From positions 1 to 64,000 of the forward strand of contig NMRA01000778.1 of the NCBI GenBank assembly GCA_002633005.1: a stretch of 64,000 nucleotides of DNA, written 5' to 3'. The position numbers and the translations under genes are program-made. A model generated the notes under the pieces. That model did not search any database, was not told the DNA's origin, and saw nothing but the letters and a program-made list of their open reading frames with translations. This document shows, in pieces, positions 14,701-29,000 of this stretch; position 1 is the stretch's first letter, and each line of letters starts with the position of its first letter. This stretch comes from Phoronis australis (taxonomy: Eukaryota > Animalia > Phoronida).

Positions 14701-16899
14701 AACAGAGACTAAAGTTTTTTAATTGGCAGTAAAAAACATTGTTTAGCTGCCAAACTTACCTTCTTTACAATTTATTTGCTCTCAGACTAGATGGTTGTAT
14801 TAGAGTTATCATCAGACTCTAATTGCAGTGTAATTTCAACAAGTGCCACCTTGTGGCGCTACAATAGTAGAACGCTCCGTTCATGGAAATGGGTCTGCTT
14901 TGGACGTGAAGTTATAATAGTTATCCTCCATAAAAACGTTTACATGAAGAGGTCTTTATCAACGTTGGAAGGTGCACAAGAAGTGAGAATGACTGGCTAA
15001 GAGAGACATAGATCAGTAGCTTCTTTTTCGCATGGCTACCTCGTCTAAAACTCGCTGCGGGATGGAGACGCGCAAACGGTGGAGGGAAATCTTAAGATCC
15101 GAATTATTACACAAAGTTCTGAAAGACCTGGGTTAATACCCATTCCGTTCTACTTGGAATTTCTGCCAAAATCTTGATGTTGGATGGTTGATTGTCGAGG
15201 TTTAAAGATCCAAAAGCATTTCTTTGTTGTGTACTTTATACCATCCCATGAGATTATTCTGCTGTGAAAAGAAGGAAAAATAGACAAAATATTTGTACTT
15301 TTAATGGTTGTTACAGTAAGGATTGAAACTTTTCGCTCAAGTCCAAGCATTGAAAACTTCAAATACCGACAAATTACTCATCAGATAATTATTTGACAGA
15401 CATTGCGATGTACACTTTCTAAAAATTCAATTATATATCTTTGAAAAACACCAAGGTCATTGAATTTAATAATTACATCCTCAGCATTTTTACATATAAG
15501 AAGCTCTCACAATAATATCTGCACACTAATCCAGAAATTACATATCATAAATGGCTAAAAATTGGTTTATACAGTCAGGATTCTTTCAAGCAGACATTGC
15601 CAACAGTTCAATAGGCTAAAACGTATTGTCGCTGAATTAATTATACAACCTTTAGAAAAAATCACAAATAAGAGACGATTTCATAACGCATACACAAGCC
15701 TGTTGAAATGTAAAAGTTACATGTTTTCTTTTTGCATGGTACACTCTGATATAGTATATTTTAAGGACTGACCTGAGTAACGCAGTGTTGTACACGCAGA
15801 CCTCACTGTATGATATAATCGCGCTTTGTACTTTGTCGAGGAACCAAAGTCACCCCCCTTGAGAACCTCCACAATCGTCACCATTAAAAATACCGTCAAT
15901 AACCCTTAACATACATGTATTTGTGTGCTAATCGTGATGCTTGTAATGCGTCTTACTTACAAACCTCCTGTGCCACCACTGAAACCGAGTAGCCAAATAC
16001 TGCAAGATATACTCACTAAAAGTGCATGTTAACCACTAAGCTGGCAAAAGACCAAACTTTTCAATTAATGAATGCACTAAACTATTCCAATACTACAAAC
16101 TCACACCGGTTTCATATTCATGCATGCTCGCTTTCTCATTGAAAATGGCCAAAATCAGCCCCTTTAAAATTCGCAAAAACTTTCAATCAAGTACTTACGT
16201 GTAAAAACTAAAACATCTATCTTCAATATCAAACAATTTAATTATGGATCTTAAGAAAAAATTAAAAATTATTCATCACTTTTAAGATATCTCAATAGTC
16301 TTGCAAAGTAGCAGTGTTTTACTGAAATAAGTGTCGAAAATGACAATTTTGCAAAAACAGCAGAAAAATCAAGAACGATTTAGTGTATATCTAGGATTAG
16401 CCCAACCATCATAAAAGAAAATCTTTGACGGTCAATGTAGAACCCACCTATAGGTGCTCTCAGAAATTGCAAAGTTTTGCTGGCGACGTTTGAAATGATT
16501 TGTTTCCAATAGTGTAGTGACGTGAATATTTCTCTTTCTTTGTCCAAGGCATTTTTACTCATTATTTGTCGCAATATCATCCCTTAGAATAAAAATAATA
16601 GAGCACATTTATTACCGAGCAGCTGGTGTTTTTGAGACACCCTGTTTGAACATTAAACTTGTGTCACGTATTACGTAATAATGAAAATAAAATGCTTGGG
16701 TCTTCAGGCAGTTTTTATTCTCCGTTTCTTAGCATGCACTACCATTTCATGATCAACTAGTTTGTGTGTCAGTTCAAGCAAAGGTGAGGTCCAGTACAGA
16801 CGTAGAATGAAACTTTTGAACCCTTAGCAATAAAAAATTGGGTAGGGAAAATATTTTGCTTTCTTTTTCGATTCTTGTAGAAAATTCTCCAGTTTTCTG

Positions 16900-18480
16900 C
16901 GAACCTTTCTCCAAGGCACAGTTTAGACGAACACCGTGCAATTAGCAGAGACAATGAGTCCGACACTTAGTGAAAAGAACTTTCTGTTGGAAAAGAATAA
17001 TTCCATTGGTTACAAAATATCTATGCAGAAAAAGGGGAATGTAACATATTATTTATTGACTTTGACAAGGCTTTCGTCTCCGTTCAACATAATATTATGT
17101 TTGAAACTCAGATATCAAATGCTATGCATGGAATTTTTTTGAAGGTGATGAAATCGCTATAGGAAATTTTGAAATCTTGTTAATTCATGGTCGTAACGCA
17201 GGTGTTAGACCAGGGGTGTATCCTTAGTCCCTTTTTGTTTTAAATGAACTGATTATGGTGTGGAAAGATTCTTCATCTTCTGGTATTTTTATAAATCCCC
17301 ACTCACATATTTTATGCTTATTTACGCTGACTTCGGCTACTCCCAACGACCTTCAAAAACAAATTTGAGTTCTTGATAATTTCTGTGACAGAGTTGGAAC
17401 GGATATGAATACGTCTTAAACTAATATCGTGGTAGTTCAAAATAGCGGGTCACTTAAGAGTGTTTTTTTTTAATTATTGAAAAATAAAAAGTTCCTTCAT
17501 ATACGTTTCTTGGCAGTATTTTTGTCACGCCCTCTGTGGACAAAAAATCTGATGAAGTACCCATGAAGGCACTGACAAAGCAAAGCTGACAGCATTGCTC
17601 AGTTTGGTTGATATATTAATGGTTTAAATGTTTTGACTACCCTAACAATATTTGATAAAGTGGTGACACCAATATTAATGTATAGTGCCGGGGTTTGGGG
17701 CTTTCAGCTCCATGGAAAAACCTACAGATTATATTTTGTACACTAAATACATAAGTCGAGTCGGCTCAAAAACTACCAATGTCGCTGTATTTGGTGAACT
17801 GGGTCGGTATCCTTGTATGTTAAGTACTTAACAAGATTCGTAAAATACTGGTTACGTTTGCAAGAAACTCCAGTGTACAGATCTCCCAGAAAATGCTATG
17901 ACACGTTGAAGTCATTAGATGACAGCGGTAAGAAAACCTGGGACACTTGTATCAAACATCTACTACACGGTTATGCTTTTGACTTTGTTTTGGTACAACG
18001 AAATGTTAGCGATATTGATTCCCTTTTTGGAAATATTTACTCAGAGGGTTAAAGACTGCGCCTTCCAAGAATGGGATTGAAAAGTAAGAAATAGTAGTTA
18101 AATTGTACTTTTTGCTGAATTGCAAATGACCTTGAATGTTGCCCCTTATCTGAAAGTTTTACAATGCAGTGAGATTCGCAGGTATAAAACACGTTGTTCC
18201 TCTCGTACTCTGGAAATCGAAGTTGCGCGAGGAAGAATACCGGTAGATACAGAATTAAGGGTGTGCATATATTGTAAGAAATTTAATTGAAGACGAATTT
18301 CGCTTCTTAACAAGATGCTTTCTGTATAGATCGCTTGAGGGTCCAATAAATTGCACAGTTGTCACAATTCGGTATTGGCATCCTTTTTACATGAATAACA
18401 TTTCAAGTACCTTCTTGATTATTCTGTCAAAATTTATCAAGAAACCTTTTCTCAAAAGAGTTAGTGTTTATTAAGTGTTT
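16900..18480 (+). mobile_element. Highly decayed CR1/L2-clade LINE (RT and C-terminal region)
   Basis: Frame-shifted remnants: IDFDKAF (~17056), GVRPG..SPLLF (~17200), YAD (~17323), IFDKVVTPILMYSAGVWG (~17650), TNVAVFGELGRYP (~17776), KYWLRL, LEIEV.RG and RVCIYC..IEDEF (~18260). Confidence 0.8.
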
Positions 18481-19983
18481 CAGTATATTCTTTTTTCATA
18501 CATCAGTGAGTTTCTGTTTATGTAGAGGAGCCCATGATCTTTTCTGTGCAAAGAATAAAGGTAAGATTTGAATAAACCGTGAGAAGCAAGTAAAGTTTGA
18601 GCTGGCAGCGGAATATTCACGCACCGTATCTCTCCAAACTTTTTGTCCATCGAATAACAAAGGAATTCACCGGTAAACAATGAATTTTGCACTGTAAAAT
18701 AGGCATATCGCGGTATCCTCTGTTTACCGACGTCTCAAATTTTAACAAACACGTTTTGTTTATATAGGCTGGTTAAAATCGTGGACATTCTATGGTGTTG
18801 GCAAACAGACGTGTTGATTGGCAAACAGAAACCACCTGCTCTGAACAATTATCAAAAATCGTCATCCGTCTCCTCGACAAAGTGCCTTCCTAATGTTTGC
18901 AATCCCTCCGATTGAAGCACTTTGTCCAGCTGTCGGGCGCGCCTGATGTCACGGCGATTTGCTCCTTCACAAAAGGGAATATCAATGTAACAATCTGCAA
19001 ATGTAACTGCAATTGCGACAAAAGAAGACTGGAGTGGATCATCGAACAGCGTCCCAGCTGCCCAGGTTATTACGAGATAGTATTTCCCCGACCAAATGAT
19101 TAAATAATGTTCTGCAAATGCCAACTTGTAAATTTCAGTCTTGAGCAGTATCGGGTGCTTTTCATGTGATTGCTAATATTATTACTATTTTCTCAAACCC
19201 AAAATCCATTTCTAGTGTCTGTACCCAAGGGACAGAATAGACCAGCGATGTCATTTTCATGGCGGTAATTATGTAGTTTCAGAAACCAACGCGTTTTGTT
19301 TCTCGATATAATATCACCGCGTAATACTACTGAGAATATTGGACAAAGGGGAATGTTTGTGTGTTGGCCTAATGATGTCATAGAGACATGCGCACTTAAC
19401 GAGATAATGGAGACAACCTGAATAAATATATTATGAAAAACGATCGCACATGTATGTACAACGTTAGTTTTATTATAGTACTTGGGAGAAATTCAGGTGA
19501 GCAGAAAACTTGGGTTATTTTCGTGGGTTGGAAGCGCTAATATTGCTTTTTTCATTACTCTGATTTCTTGATACAATTTATGCTGTAAAAGGCAGAATAT
19601 TTAACGGTTCTATAAGTTCGATTAAGAAATAATTTTAACAACATTCTCTAAATGTTTTATTCATGGGATGTAGCAGCGTGTTTATAGAGTACCGTGTTAT
19701 CGAGTTTGTGAAATTTCACCTTTTTCTAACTGCATCCACGTAGATATGAAGCCTTTATTAAACACATTTACTAGGCTGAGTTGCATTTAAGATGAGTACT
19801 TGTGACAGGTCGGCACTCCCCGAGAGGAAGCAGACGATAAATGACGAGGGCTGACAGGAAAAAATCATTACTTATCTTATGCTACCTCAAATGATGTATT
19901 TGCGTCCAGGTAGTTTAGTAGTGTGCATTTGATATGAAAACATAACTTAATAGAGGAACCCGTTTCTTTTCAGATTATGCATC

Positions 19984-20062
19984 ATGGGTGGTCATTTAAA
20001 AATGGCGGTTACGTTGCAACTTATGGTATGCGTTTGTTTGTGGAAGATAGTTGACAGCGAAG
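19984..20062 (+). CDS. RTK exon 1: signal peptide ([26 protein letters not shown])
   Basis: Acceptor TTTCTTTTCAG at 19973 implies an upstream UTR exon. Hydrophobic N-terminus; donor G|GTAAGA. Met at 20002 (AAAATGG) is an alternative start. Confidence 0.75.
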
Positions 20063-23000
20063 GTAAGAACAATACGATTTCACCTTCTGCCAAACTGAAT
20101 AACTTTGTTTTTAAAATTCACTTAACACTAAAAACTTGGGGGTCGTTTTTTTTCAAAGGCAATGTGCCCGATAGTAGCCAACACGCTCGTAATCCCATTA
20201 TTGGGAACGCCGGGCGAGGTCGAGTTTGTTAATAAGCGAGAAATATTGCAACTGACCTTCATTTGAAACTTTTCATTTTCTGAACATTCATTGCTTGAAC
20301 TCGGCTAGTTCATCCAATTTTTTCACCTTGACTGGAGTTATTCACTCAGTTCAGCTCAGCTCGGAGCTCCCCGGTTGCTCTAATTTCGAGTGCTGAGAGT
20401 TCTCACAGTCCGATTGGTCAAGTACCACAGTCCTGCTACGCGACCAACAAGAGTGTGGAGAAAGGATATCATGCTTTGTATTGTTATGAGAACCATGCAT
20501 GCTGTATGTGTACCAGCACGTGAATATAAACGAAATATCAAAACCTAGGTCCTGTTCTAAAAAACTGACTTAGTTACTGTAAGACAAACTTTAAATTTCC
20601 GTCTCAGGTCCGTGTCAAGAAAGATCATGAGTTTGACCTAAGATATAAGTTTGGTTTTAATTTTGACTATCTTACTGGATGTGTAAGTTTCAAAGTTTGG
20701 ATGTTGAGACGAATCGTAGACTTAAGTAAAAAATTAACTCAAGTCAGTTTCTTGGAACGGTCCCCTAGATTGCTCAATTGAAATGCATTACACTCGGACT
20801 GTTGTGAACGTGCAGCATGACAGTTCGCACCGAGATACTTATGTCGCCTGCCACTGACTCTAGGTAACCTCAGTCACTAAATACACTTCGTGTACTTTTT
20901 CGGCAGATCATGTCGACAACTTCCCAACGGGTGCGTTCATGCTCATTAATGACGCTGAAGGAGAGTGCCCTAGTAACGAAGGTAAGCGTTGAGAAATGTT
21001 TTCATCATCACTCGTTACCTTGCATTTCCCAACAGTTACTAACTACATGTATGAATGTTTGTTCGCGGTTGAGATTATGATAGACACTTATCAAAGCACC
21101 TGGCCTTTTATAGAGGACTTCTTTTGTTTAGGGATTAGAAAGCAGAGATGCTTTTCCCGGCCATTTTATACCCTGCGGACTATCAAATAAAGATCAGGCA
21201 TTGTTGGAACGGCAAAAATCTGTTAAATACAACAGAAGAATAGAGAAATAACGGGCACGGTAACTGCTTTTTCTCTGGATACGTTGTGTCCTAACCTTTA
21301 TTAAACGGGCAACATAATGCCCGACTTATCCCAATGCCGACAAAGAATGTAGTGAAATTTGAGTGATGGAGGACTGCGTCATGATCGCCTCTATCTTTAT
21401 TATCTTACAGTCTCCTTCATTTTTGTTATCGTCATCATTATTGTCATCGTCATCTAATCGTTGTCGTCGTTGTTTATGTCACCTCCATAGTCAATCGCCA
21501 TCGTCTTCATCGTCGTCATCCCAGTCGCCATCTTTGTCCTTCATCATTGTCCTCATCATCTTCATACCCAGTGTCATTTTTGTCTTAATCATGATCATCA
21601 TAACCAACAACATCATCATAGACATAGCACCATTATGTCAAATTTTATTATTTCTTACTTGTGATACCAATATTGCTTTAAAATGACATTAGAAATTGAT
21701 CTGGGTTTATTGAGGTTTATGACAATCGTTTGTTAACATGGAAAATTAATACACTGCCTCTATTTCCAGAAAATTGGAAGAAAGTGCAATTAAGTACAGA
21801 GTCGAAGATTGTTGAAACGCAGGAGAGTTCTGCAAAGCTCATAAAAAATGACGGGCGGAACACTGTGATTCGGTTTTGTACGAGGTCGACCAAACCTAAC
21901 TTTCTGAAGCGGGCAAAGCATCAATGGCCTCCGGGCCAATACTGCGTCTTTGGAGATGGTTCTCAATGTCCTAAGCATTTCTGGAAAGGTAATGATGTAA
22001 GGCATCGTATCTAAGTTGTGTGCACGTTCGAGTCCAAACATTGTAATAGTGTAATGGTGGCGACAATTAACATCAGACAAAAGGTTAGTCGCGGCTACAA
22101 TGGCGGTCAGATTTGCTGTGGCGTGTTGGCCAATAAGGTGATGGCGATACTGAAGATGGCTGTCAGTGTGAATCATGCTGTTTACGGAGGAATTGTGTTT
22201 ACACCAATGTTTTATTTCACAATCACGTACCTGCAGCCAAGTACATGTACCTTTGTTCAAGTAGACGACTTTTGGCAAAACGGGACTATTCTGACCAATC
22301 ATAGATCCCCTTTACACTACAAAAGTTGAAACGGATCAGACGGAAGTGACGTATGTGTGTAAACAGAACTGACACAAAGCAAACTGACACCACGATGACA
22401 ACTTTTGGCTCCCGTTTTGAGACAAGGCAAGTTGCAGCCATCCGTGTCAAATTGAGTATACGTCTAAACGCGAAGCTGCCGGGGGCAACGCGAAAGTGAT
22501 CATCTTTGTTGCGTTTGGGGAAAAACGCGCCCTTAGTTTCAATCGTTTCTGAGTTGCGTGTGTGTAAACGGTCGCTTGACATCAATCATTTGGCGTCGTA
22601 TCAGTTGTGTCGTGTCAAAAATAATGTCTAAACGGAACTGTAGACAAAGCGGCTTTTCCTTTAAATCGCAAGAATTTATACAGGGCTCTGAGATCCGATG
22701 TGTGCACACACATGGTCTTAACTAATACAACCAGTATGTTTTGATTCAGATCTTGTTTTCTTTTTCAGTCAACATGACCATACCACTGCGACTCACTCCC
22801 GATAACTCCAGCGGTCCCGTTAACTTCACAAACGGCACAACAACCTTTCAGTACTGTTGCAGAGACGACGCCTCAAAAAGAGCACCCCTTCGTGTATCAT
22901 CTTTGTCTCCGTTCTACTTGATTCCATTAACGGGAGATAACTGCCCAATTGTAAGACACGACAAATTTTCTGAGTCGACAAATTTTCCAAGAAGACAGAA

Positions 23001-26000
23001 TTGACTTAAAAATAGGTTCTCTCACGAATTGTGCTTAACACCACAGATACATTTCTGTAGATCAACTTCGACATGACGTTGTTCCCTTTCTAGCGTATGA
23101 CTTTCCGGCATTTCATTAAATTGAGATTTCACTATGAAAATAAATACAAAAATAATGAACTGGACTGTAGGATTTGAGGTTTGTGAACCCTTCTTTTCTA
23201 CCATGTTTGATAGGTTTTGTATGTTTGGAATTGAAACTAAACAAAGATTTCGTGGGTTTTCATCATATGTTTAGATTTCTCGATAAATACATGTACGTTG
23301 AGCTGACTGGCAATGGTCGTTGCTAATGTCTTAGTCTTTTGTGAGGGCACCATCTAAAATTTCCGCGACTATTATTTCTGAGATAATAAAAGGACACGTT
23401 AGGTTCGAGGATTGTTTATATCCAGATCAAAGATTCGTTTCGATACTTAACACGCAAAATCAGTTTTTTTTAATTGTCTTCTTCTGTAAAACCGGATCTG
23501 GAAGCTCTGAAGGTTAGTGGGTGTCGGAGAGTTTCGATGTTAAAAACTGCACCCGTGCAATGCGGCTACCTAGGTTGTCAAACCCAATCAAGATCACCTG
23601 CGCACCGATTGAGACTGATGTTTACTAGTCCTGGTGGTATGTTCAGTAGCGCTAGAATTTCGCTTAAAGACAAGACTTTGCCAGATTACGTGAGATATTA
23701 GGAACACGTGAGTTTGGCTTGATTTTAGCTGCAAAGTCCTAGAGTAGATCTTAACGTTATTGAACGGTACCCCGGGTCTCTTCTTTAGGTAGTTGGATAC
23801 ACGTCACAGCCGCAGACATTGAAGTGGTCGTTTCCGGTGAAGGCTGACGAGCAGTTTCCGCGACCACCAAGACGAGGTCCTCCGCCAAGACTACCATCTG
23901 TGGACGAAGACAGAGCGAATGGGAATGCTTTCATGAAGTTCTGTCGGTACAGTGAAGGTAAGATCAGTTTGTAAATTGGTTGTATTTTCAAGAAGCTTTC
24001 ATTTCTGTTACTTGACCAGCAGCTTTTGTCACATACATGTAGTATCGCTTGTTTTTTAATTTCTAAAACCACTTTGAGGTGGTAATGTGGTAACATCATT
24101 TGTAAAATCTATCGGTTTATTTAAACTTAACTGTAACCTGAGACACTACGATTCGGTCGGTCATATCCCCGGTCATCTTCAGGTGATGTTACAGTATTCT
24201 TAAAAGAACCAACATGGGTATCTGGTACACGTATGGTGGACAGTTGATTTGTATGATTTCCCTGGTGCATGACGGAATTTAAACCTGGGACCTTTGGTGG
24301 TCACCGCTAGATCACTGATCTAATCATCCGTGACTCATTTGCCAAGTTGTTTGAACTTCCGTGTCAATATAAACAGGTTAGCTCTTAGTGAAAATAAACC
24401 AATAGATTTTAGAAATGTTCTTTTTTGTTTTCCGAATATTGATTAGCAAGATTAAACTTGGTTTGTACGTGTATGTCTGGTTAGTATGTGGCAAAACGGT
24501 GACTTAGCGCACCATTCAATCATGGGAGACGGTGTTGGCTTTGAGCATCCCTAATAGCCAAGAGCAATTAATTTTCTAATACTGTATATACTTTCGAAGA
24601 ACCCCTTTTAGATTGGCCACTCAGTATTATGGCTCCTTCACAGGTCCATTACTTATTCTTTGTTAATTTTGATGAATATATCTTTTTCTTGATGTCGGCT
24701 TCGTTTAAGTTAAAAAGAATTCACGTGCAGCTGAATCCTAAAATGACATGTATTTTTCTCATTGAACACAGTACATAGTTGATTTAGCGAACTTGAAGGT
24801 TCCATTTTTTAAATTTTGGTGGTACAGCAGCTTGTCCGAACTCCGCTTTTATGAAAATCCATAATTAATTGATAATCGATCTATAATTAACCATAATTAG
24901 TCGATAATTAAAAAAACTTTTAATACAAAAAGTGTATAATTCAAGAAATGAGAACATTTAATATCAGTTCCGTCGATCTATGAATCTCATTGTGTTTAAA
25001 TTAATGAAAATGTCACGGGTTTGCTATTCAAAAGTAAACAATACAACCAGTTACTGCAGTTTAATCATACATTGTACGTATACCAGTGGTACAGCCACAC
25101 TTCACAAAGTCCGATACAAAACTGACTCAAACCAAAAGGTCTACAGAGAATCCGCATAGGCATTTGCCTGTCCACGAGTTGTCAATAAATACCTTAAAGT
25201 TGACGTCACAATGTACATGTACATTGGAATACGAATAGTGACTCGCGCCAACGGGCGACAGTTCGTTACGTCACAGATACAAGACCATCTTCAAGTGAAT
25301 TTCGCTAACTCATTTCCCAGAAAAATATAAGGAAAAGTAAAGTGTTTTTTGCTGTTTTGTTTTTTGCGAAAGGCCTGCTCATGTTACGAGAAGCGTGAAA
25401 GAGACTCATCGGCTGCGAACGCCTAAGCATACCATTTGTAGGCAGTAATGTCACGTTTTGTATTTATGTCTACTGTTGTAACAAAATTTGAAACAAGACT
25501 CACTCCGTGTCTGTTTTCACTCTCCGATGCAGCTAACGACGTCACGAAAGGACCGGATCCTCAGGTAGCTGAAGTGGAACCGAACAAGATTCACCCAGGT
25601 AATGTGGCGCTTGCATGCATTTCCTATGAGTATCAGAGGCAGACTAAGGGATATAACCAAAATAAAGCACATGTGAGGCTCAACCGTCATCCAAGAAAAT
25701 GTAGGAACGTATTAGTTTTTTGAATTAGTTTTAACTGAAATCCTTTCTAATTTTCTCAGTCTTCTTCTAATTGCATTGTGTCCATTTCACCTTATCGACT
25801 ACATCTCGAAGCGTTGTGGAATAGGTACTAACTAGAAAACCAACTGCTCGCCAACTTTTGAATAAAATTTCTTGTGTTACCCCAACAGCATTGCCAATCA
25901 TCTTACCTGTCGCCGCTGTGTTACTCCTGTTGCTGGGAGTGCCTGCCACGTGCCTGATTCGGTGGTTCCGCAAGCGTCCGGTGAACAGTGATCAGGTGAA

Positions 26001-29000
26001 ACTACGGGAAAGGAGTTACTCTGCTGGAAACAGCGACGATCTGAGAAACGCGAATGAGGATACGCAAAATGGTTGGTGTTCTTAGAATATTTCGTTGAGG
26101 CTTGCATGTGCGTCTATGTATTACATACGAGCTTTTTTCCAAAAATTCCCCACCTTAACTTTACGCCTGATTGGATTTTTTCCAAGTGCACACCAACGGG
26201 TCTACTTTCGGAGCCTCAATTATAACTTCACAACGTTTGTAGCTTTTTCCCAAGTCATCAATGTCAGCGTTTTTTACAGTTACTTCAGAAGCCAGAATTC
26301 AACCAATACGTCGGATCAAGAATATACTTGAAAGCAAACCCCTACCATGACTTAGTTTATAAGGTCATATTTATGTTCTACTATCCGTTGGTCCTACTCA
26401 ACAGAGCAGATTGACAGCTTTCCGAAGGAGTCGTGCACAAACGCTGCAACACCATTCAAGACTCTATTGAATGCAAACTGTTACATGCTTGCAGCTCACT
26501 GTAATATACATTTTCCGAATACACACCCATGGGCTTATCGAAGGAAAATAATGGTAACAGGAATTTCTAGCCCATGGTCCATGGTGGCGATGCAGTCGGC
26601 AGTCCGAGTTTCCGAAAGACCTCCGCTCTGGGGTCGCTTTCCGAACTCTTCAGTATACATGTACCCCAAATGACATCTTACATGTACATGTATTTTTCTG
26701 TTTACAAGGAATTGGCTCTGTATTGAGGTCCATTCTTGATGAAGACGCCCAGTACAAACTGCAACAGCTGGTCGTACCATGGAATGCCATCAAGATTTTA
26801 AACAAAATCGGGCACGGTATGGTAAATCGCAACATATTTCATGCAAAAATAAAATTACCATTTTCCCATTTTGCAAATGCAGATTACTTTGGTAGAATTA
26901 ACGGAACCTTTACTAAATGTTGTTTTGTTACATCTACACAGTAAAAACCATGATAGTTAAAAGGTTATTTAAGCTTTATTGTTGTGGAGAAATTAGACAA
27001 CATAGAATTTTATTTGTGTCCTGAATACATATTTGTGAATAAATATCGAACAAATTTGTTGAAACCTTATTTGTGGCGTACAGTCTCCAAACTGTTTTGG
27101 TCAATTAATACACTCTTAAATAGTTTTTCACTTTGCTTGGTTGTCAAATGTTCTTTTTGAAAGGTTTGACCACCACTTAATTTGGGTATGTAAACGCGAG
27201 AATGGGCCATCTAATTTAATGTAGCTTCTAAAGCAAGATAGAGACGGTTATATTAAAGCCAATTTAGATTTACAATGACCTTTGGCATCATGTTTTAAGA
27301 CTCTTTGGTCTACCTTTTCATGAAATACATACTTCTCTCACACAAAACCGACATGTTTAAAAAAAAATTGTTAAGGTCAGTCAGTAATGTTACAATGCTT
27401 TGTAGAAGAAAGAGGAGACGTCAAGTGCCAGTTAAGGAATATAAACTTAAACTAAGTTACAAGACAGTCACGAATTTTTAATGTTTTAGGTGCCTTTGGT
27501 AACGTTTTTCGTGGGAAATACAGTCGATTGACAGTGGAACACTCCCAAACTGTTGCAGTTAAAGTAATGAAAGGTACATATGCTCAGCACTAGCTGTGTT
27601 TAGAGGTGTTACTGTATAACTCTGCTGTACAAGCGTATGAGGAACAGAGCAGTTTTTCAGCCAGATTTTTTCACTCAAATGTCCGCATAAAAAACGCATG
27701 TGCTTAAGTTAAAAAATTAGAAGCAAATGGTGCTCTGATTGTAAACGCCCCTCCATTTTTCGTAAAATACATTACCGAACGATTTCATTCCACACAACTT
27801 GCGGTGTCAGTGTGTCTCTGCGTGAAATAAAAAGGTTAAATATCGAAAAGATATAGTTTTTAAACTTATAGTTTTAATTTTAAGAAAGGCCTTGTTCCTC
27901 GATAAAATAACACTTTGTTCCTACTAAAATGTCTCTCACTTTCCTAAGTTCTGCAGTAAGACGTATATGTAGCTCCACAATTCAATTGTCGGGTTATACG
28001 GTGGAAAGAACCCCACGACACTGTGCTTACACAAAAAATCCATGAACAGTCATTGTTTGTCTGAGCTTGATTTTTGAGCGCGTAAGACTTAATTTCTGTC
28101 TTTAAAAGTCTTATGTCACTTTTTATGACAAAGTCAGATAAGTCTTCAATAAAACGCCTTAACAAGATTCATAACTTTCATCTCGGCTTTAGCTGATCGA
28201 CAAGTACTTTATTTTCTCGATTTTCGTCCCAGATTTTTAACAAAAGTTTGTAAACAATCACAAATATATTGTTAAATGCGAAGGCAACCTTTTTCCATGT
28301 CATTTTGAGCTAAAATAAGGATGGTTGGTCATCCTAGACATATTTTCCACTTAATTACAGCTTTTCGTAATTTTATTAATAACGCGTCCGCTACTCCGGA
28401 AGTGACGTTTTAGGAGGCAAGCGTTTCCCGCCATTTGGTTTTGCGTTGACTTTACCGTGCGAATCTGTTCTGTTCTACTTTTGTTTTGTGCTGTTTTTCA
28501 ACAATTGTCGCCACCGCTTTCCATCGGCGAGTATTCTGCGGCAAGATAGGTTAGTAGAGAACTCAACTACGTTGGATTTAGGGATTGTTTAGTGTGTTGG
28601 AAGCTGAAAATGGCTGGAGTCGGTGACCCGTATCACGGTTACAGTAGAGTGAGTAACGGAGACCTTGTTCACAGCAGTGGTGACGAGGAATTTTTTCACG
28701 GACATTCAGTGGGTGGGTACATGTTTGAGCCCGAGTATAACGAGGCAGAGTACGCACAGGCACAGGCAGCTGTTGAGAGAAACGACGCGGCTACTGAGGA
28801 CAGACGTAGTGACACAACTTGGTGCAAATGCACTGTGTGCGTTGTTATGCCTACCTCAATGGAATGCTGGTGCAGTTCAGAGTTCAAAGAGGCCAAGCCA
28901 CTACTGGACATGGTTAAGTGGACCTCCGGCATACCACGGACAGAGGAACAACTGTCCCACTTGCCAGAGTGTCCCGCGACACACTCCCAGTNGGCTGCTT

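Noticed and set aside
18770-19124. Cys-containing short ORFs upstream of the RTK (CKCNCNC...)
   Set aside because: Stops in all frames after the apparent acceptor, no domain pattern, and no in-frame link to the RTK.
21790-22585. 170-aa, 103-aa and 99-aa ORFs around RTK exon 3
   Set aside because: Antisense shadow of the exon, or read-through into intron and MITE sequence.
24270-24335. tRNA-like segments (minus strand here; plus strand at ~50145-50215)
   Set aside because: No complete cloverleaf; at most decayed SINE heads, not tRNA genes.
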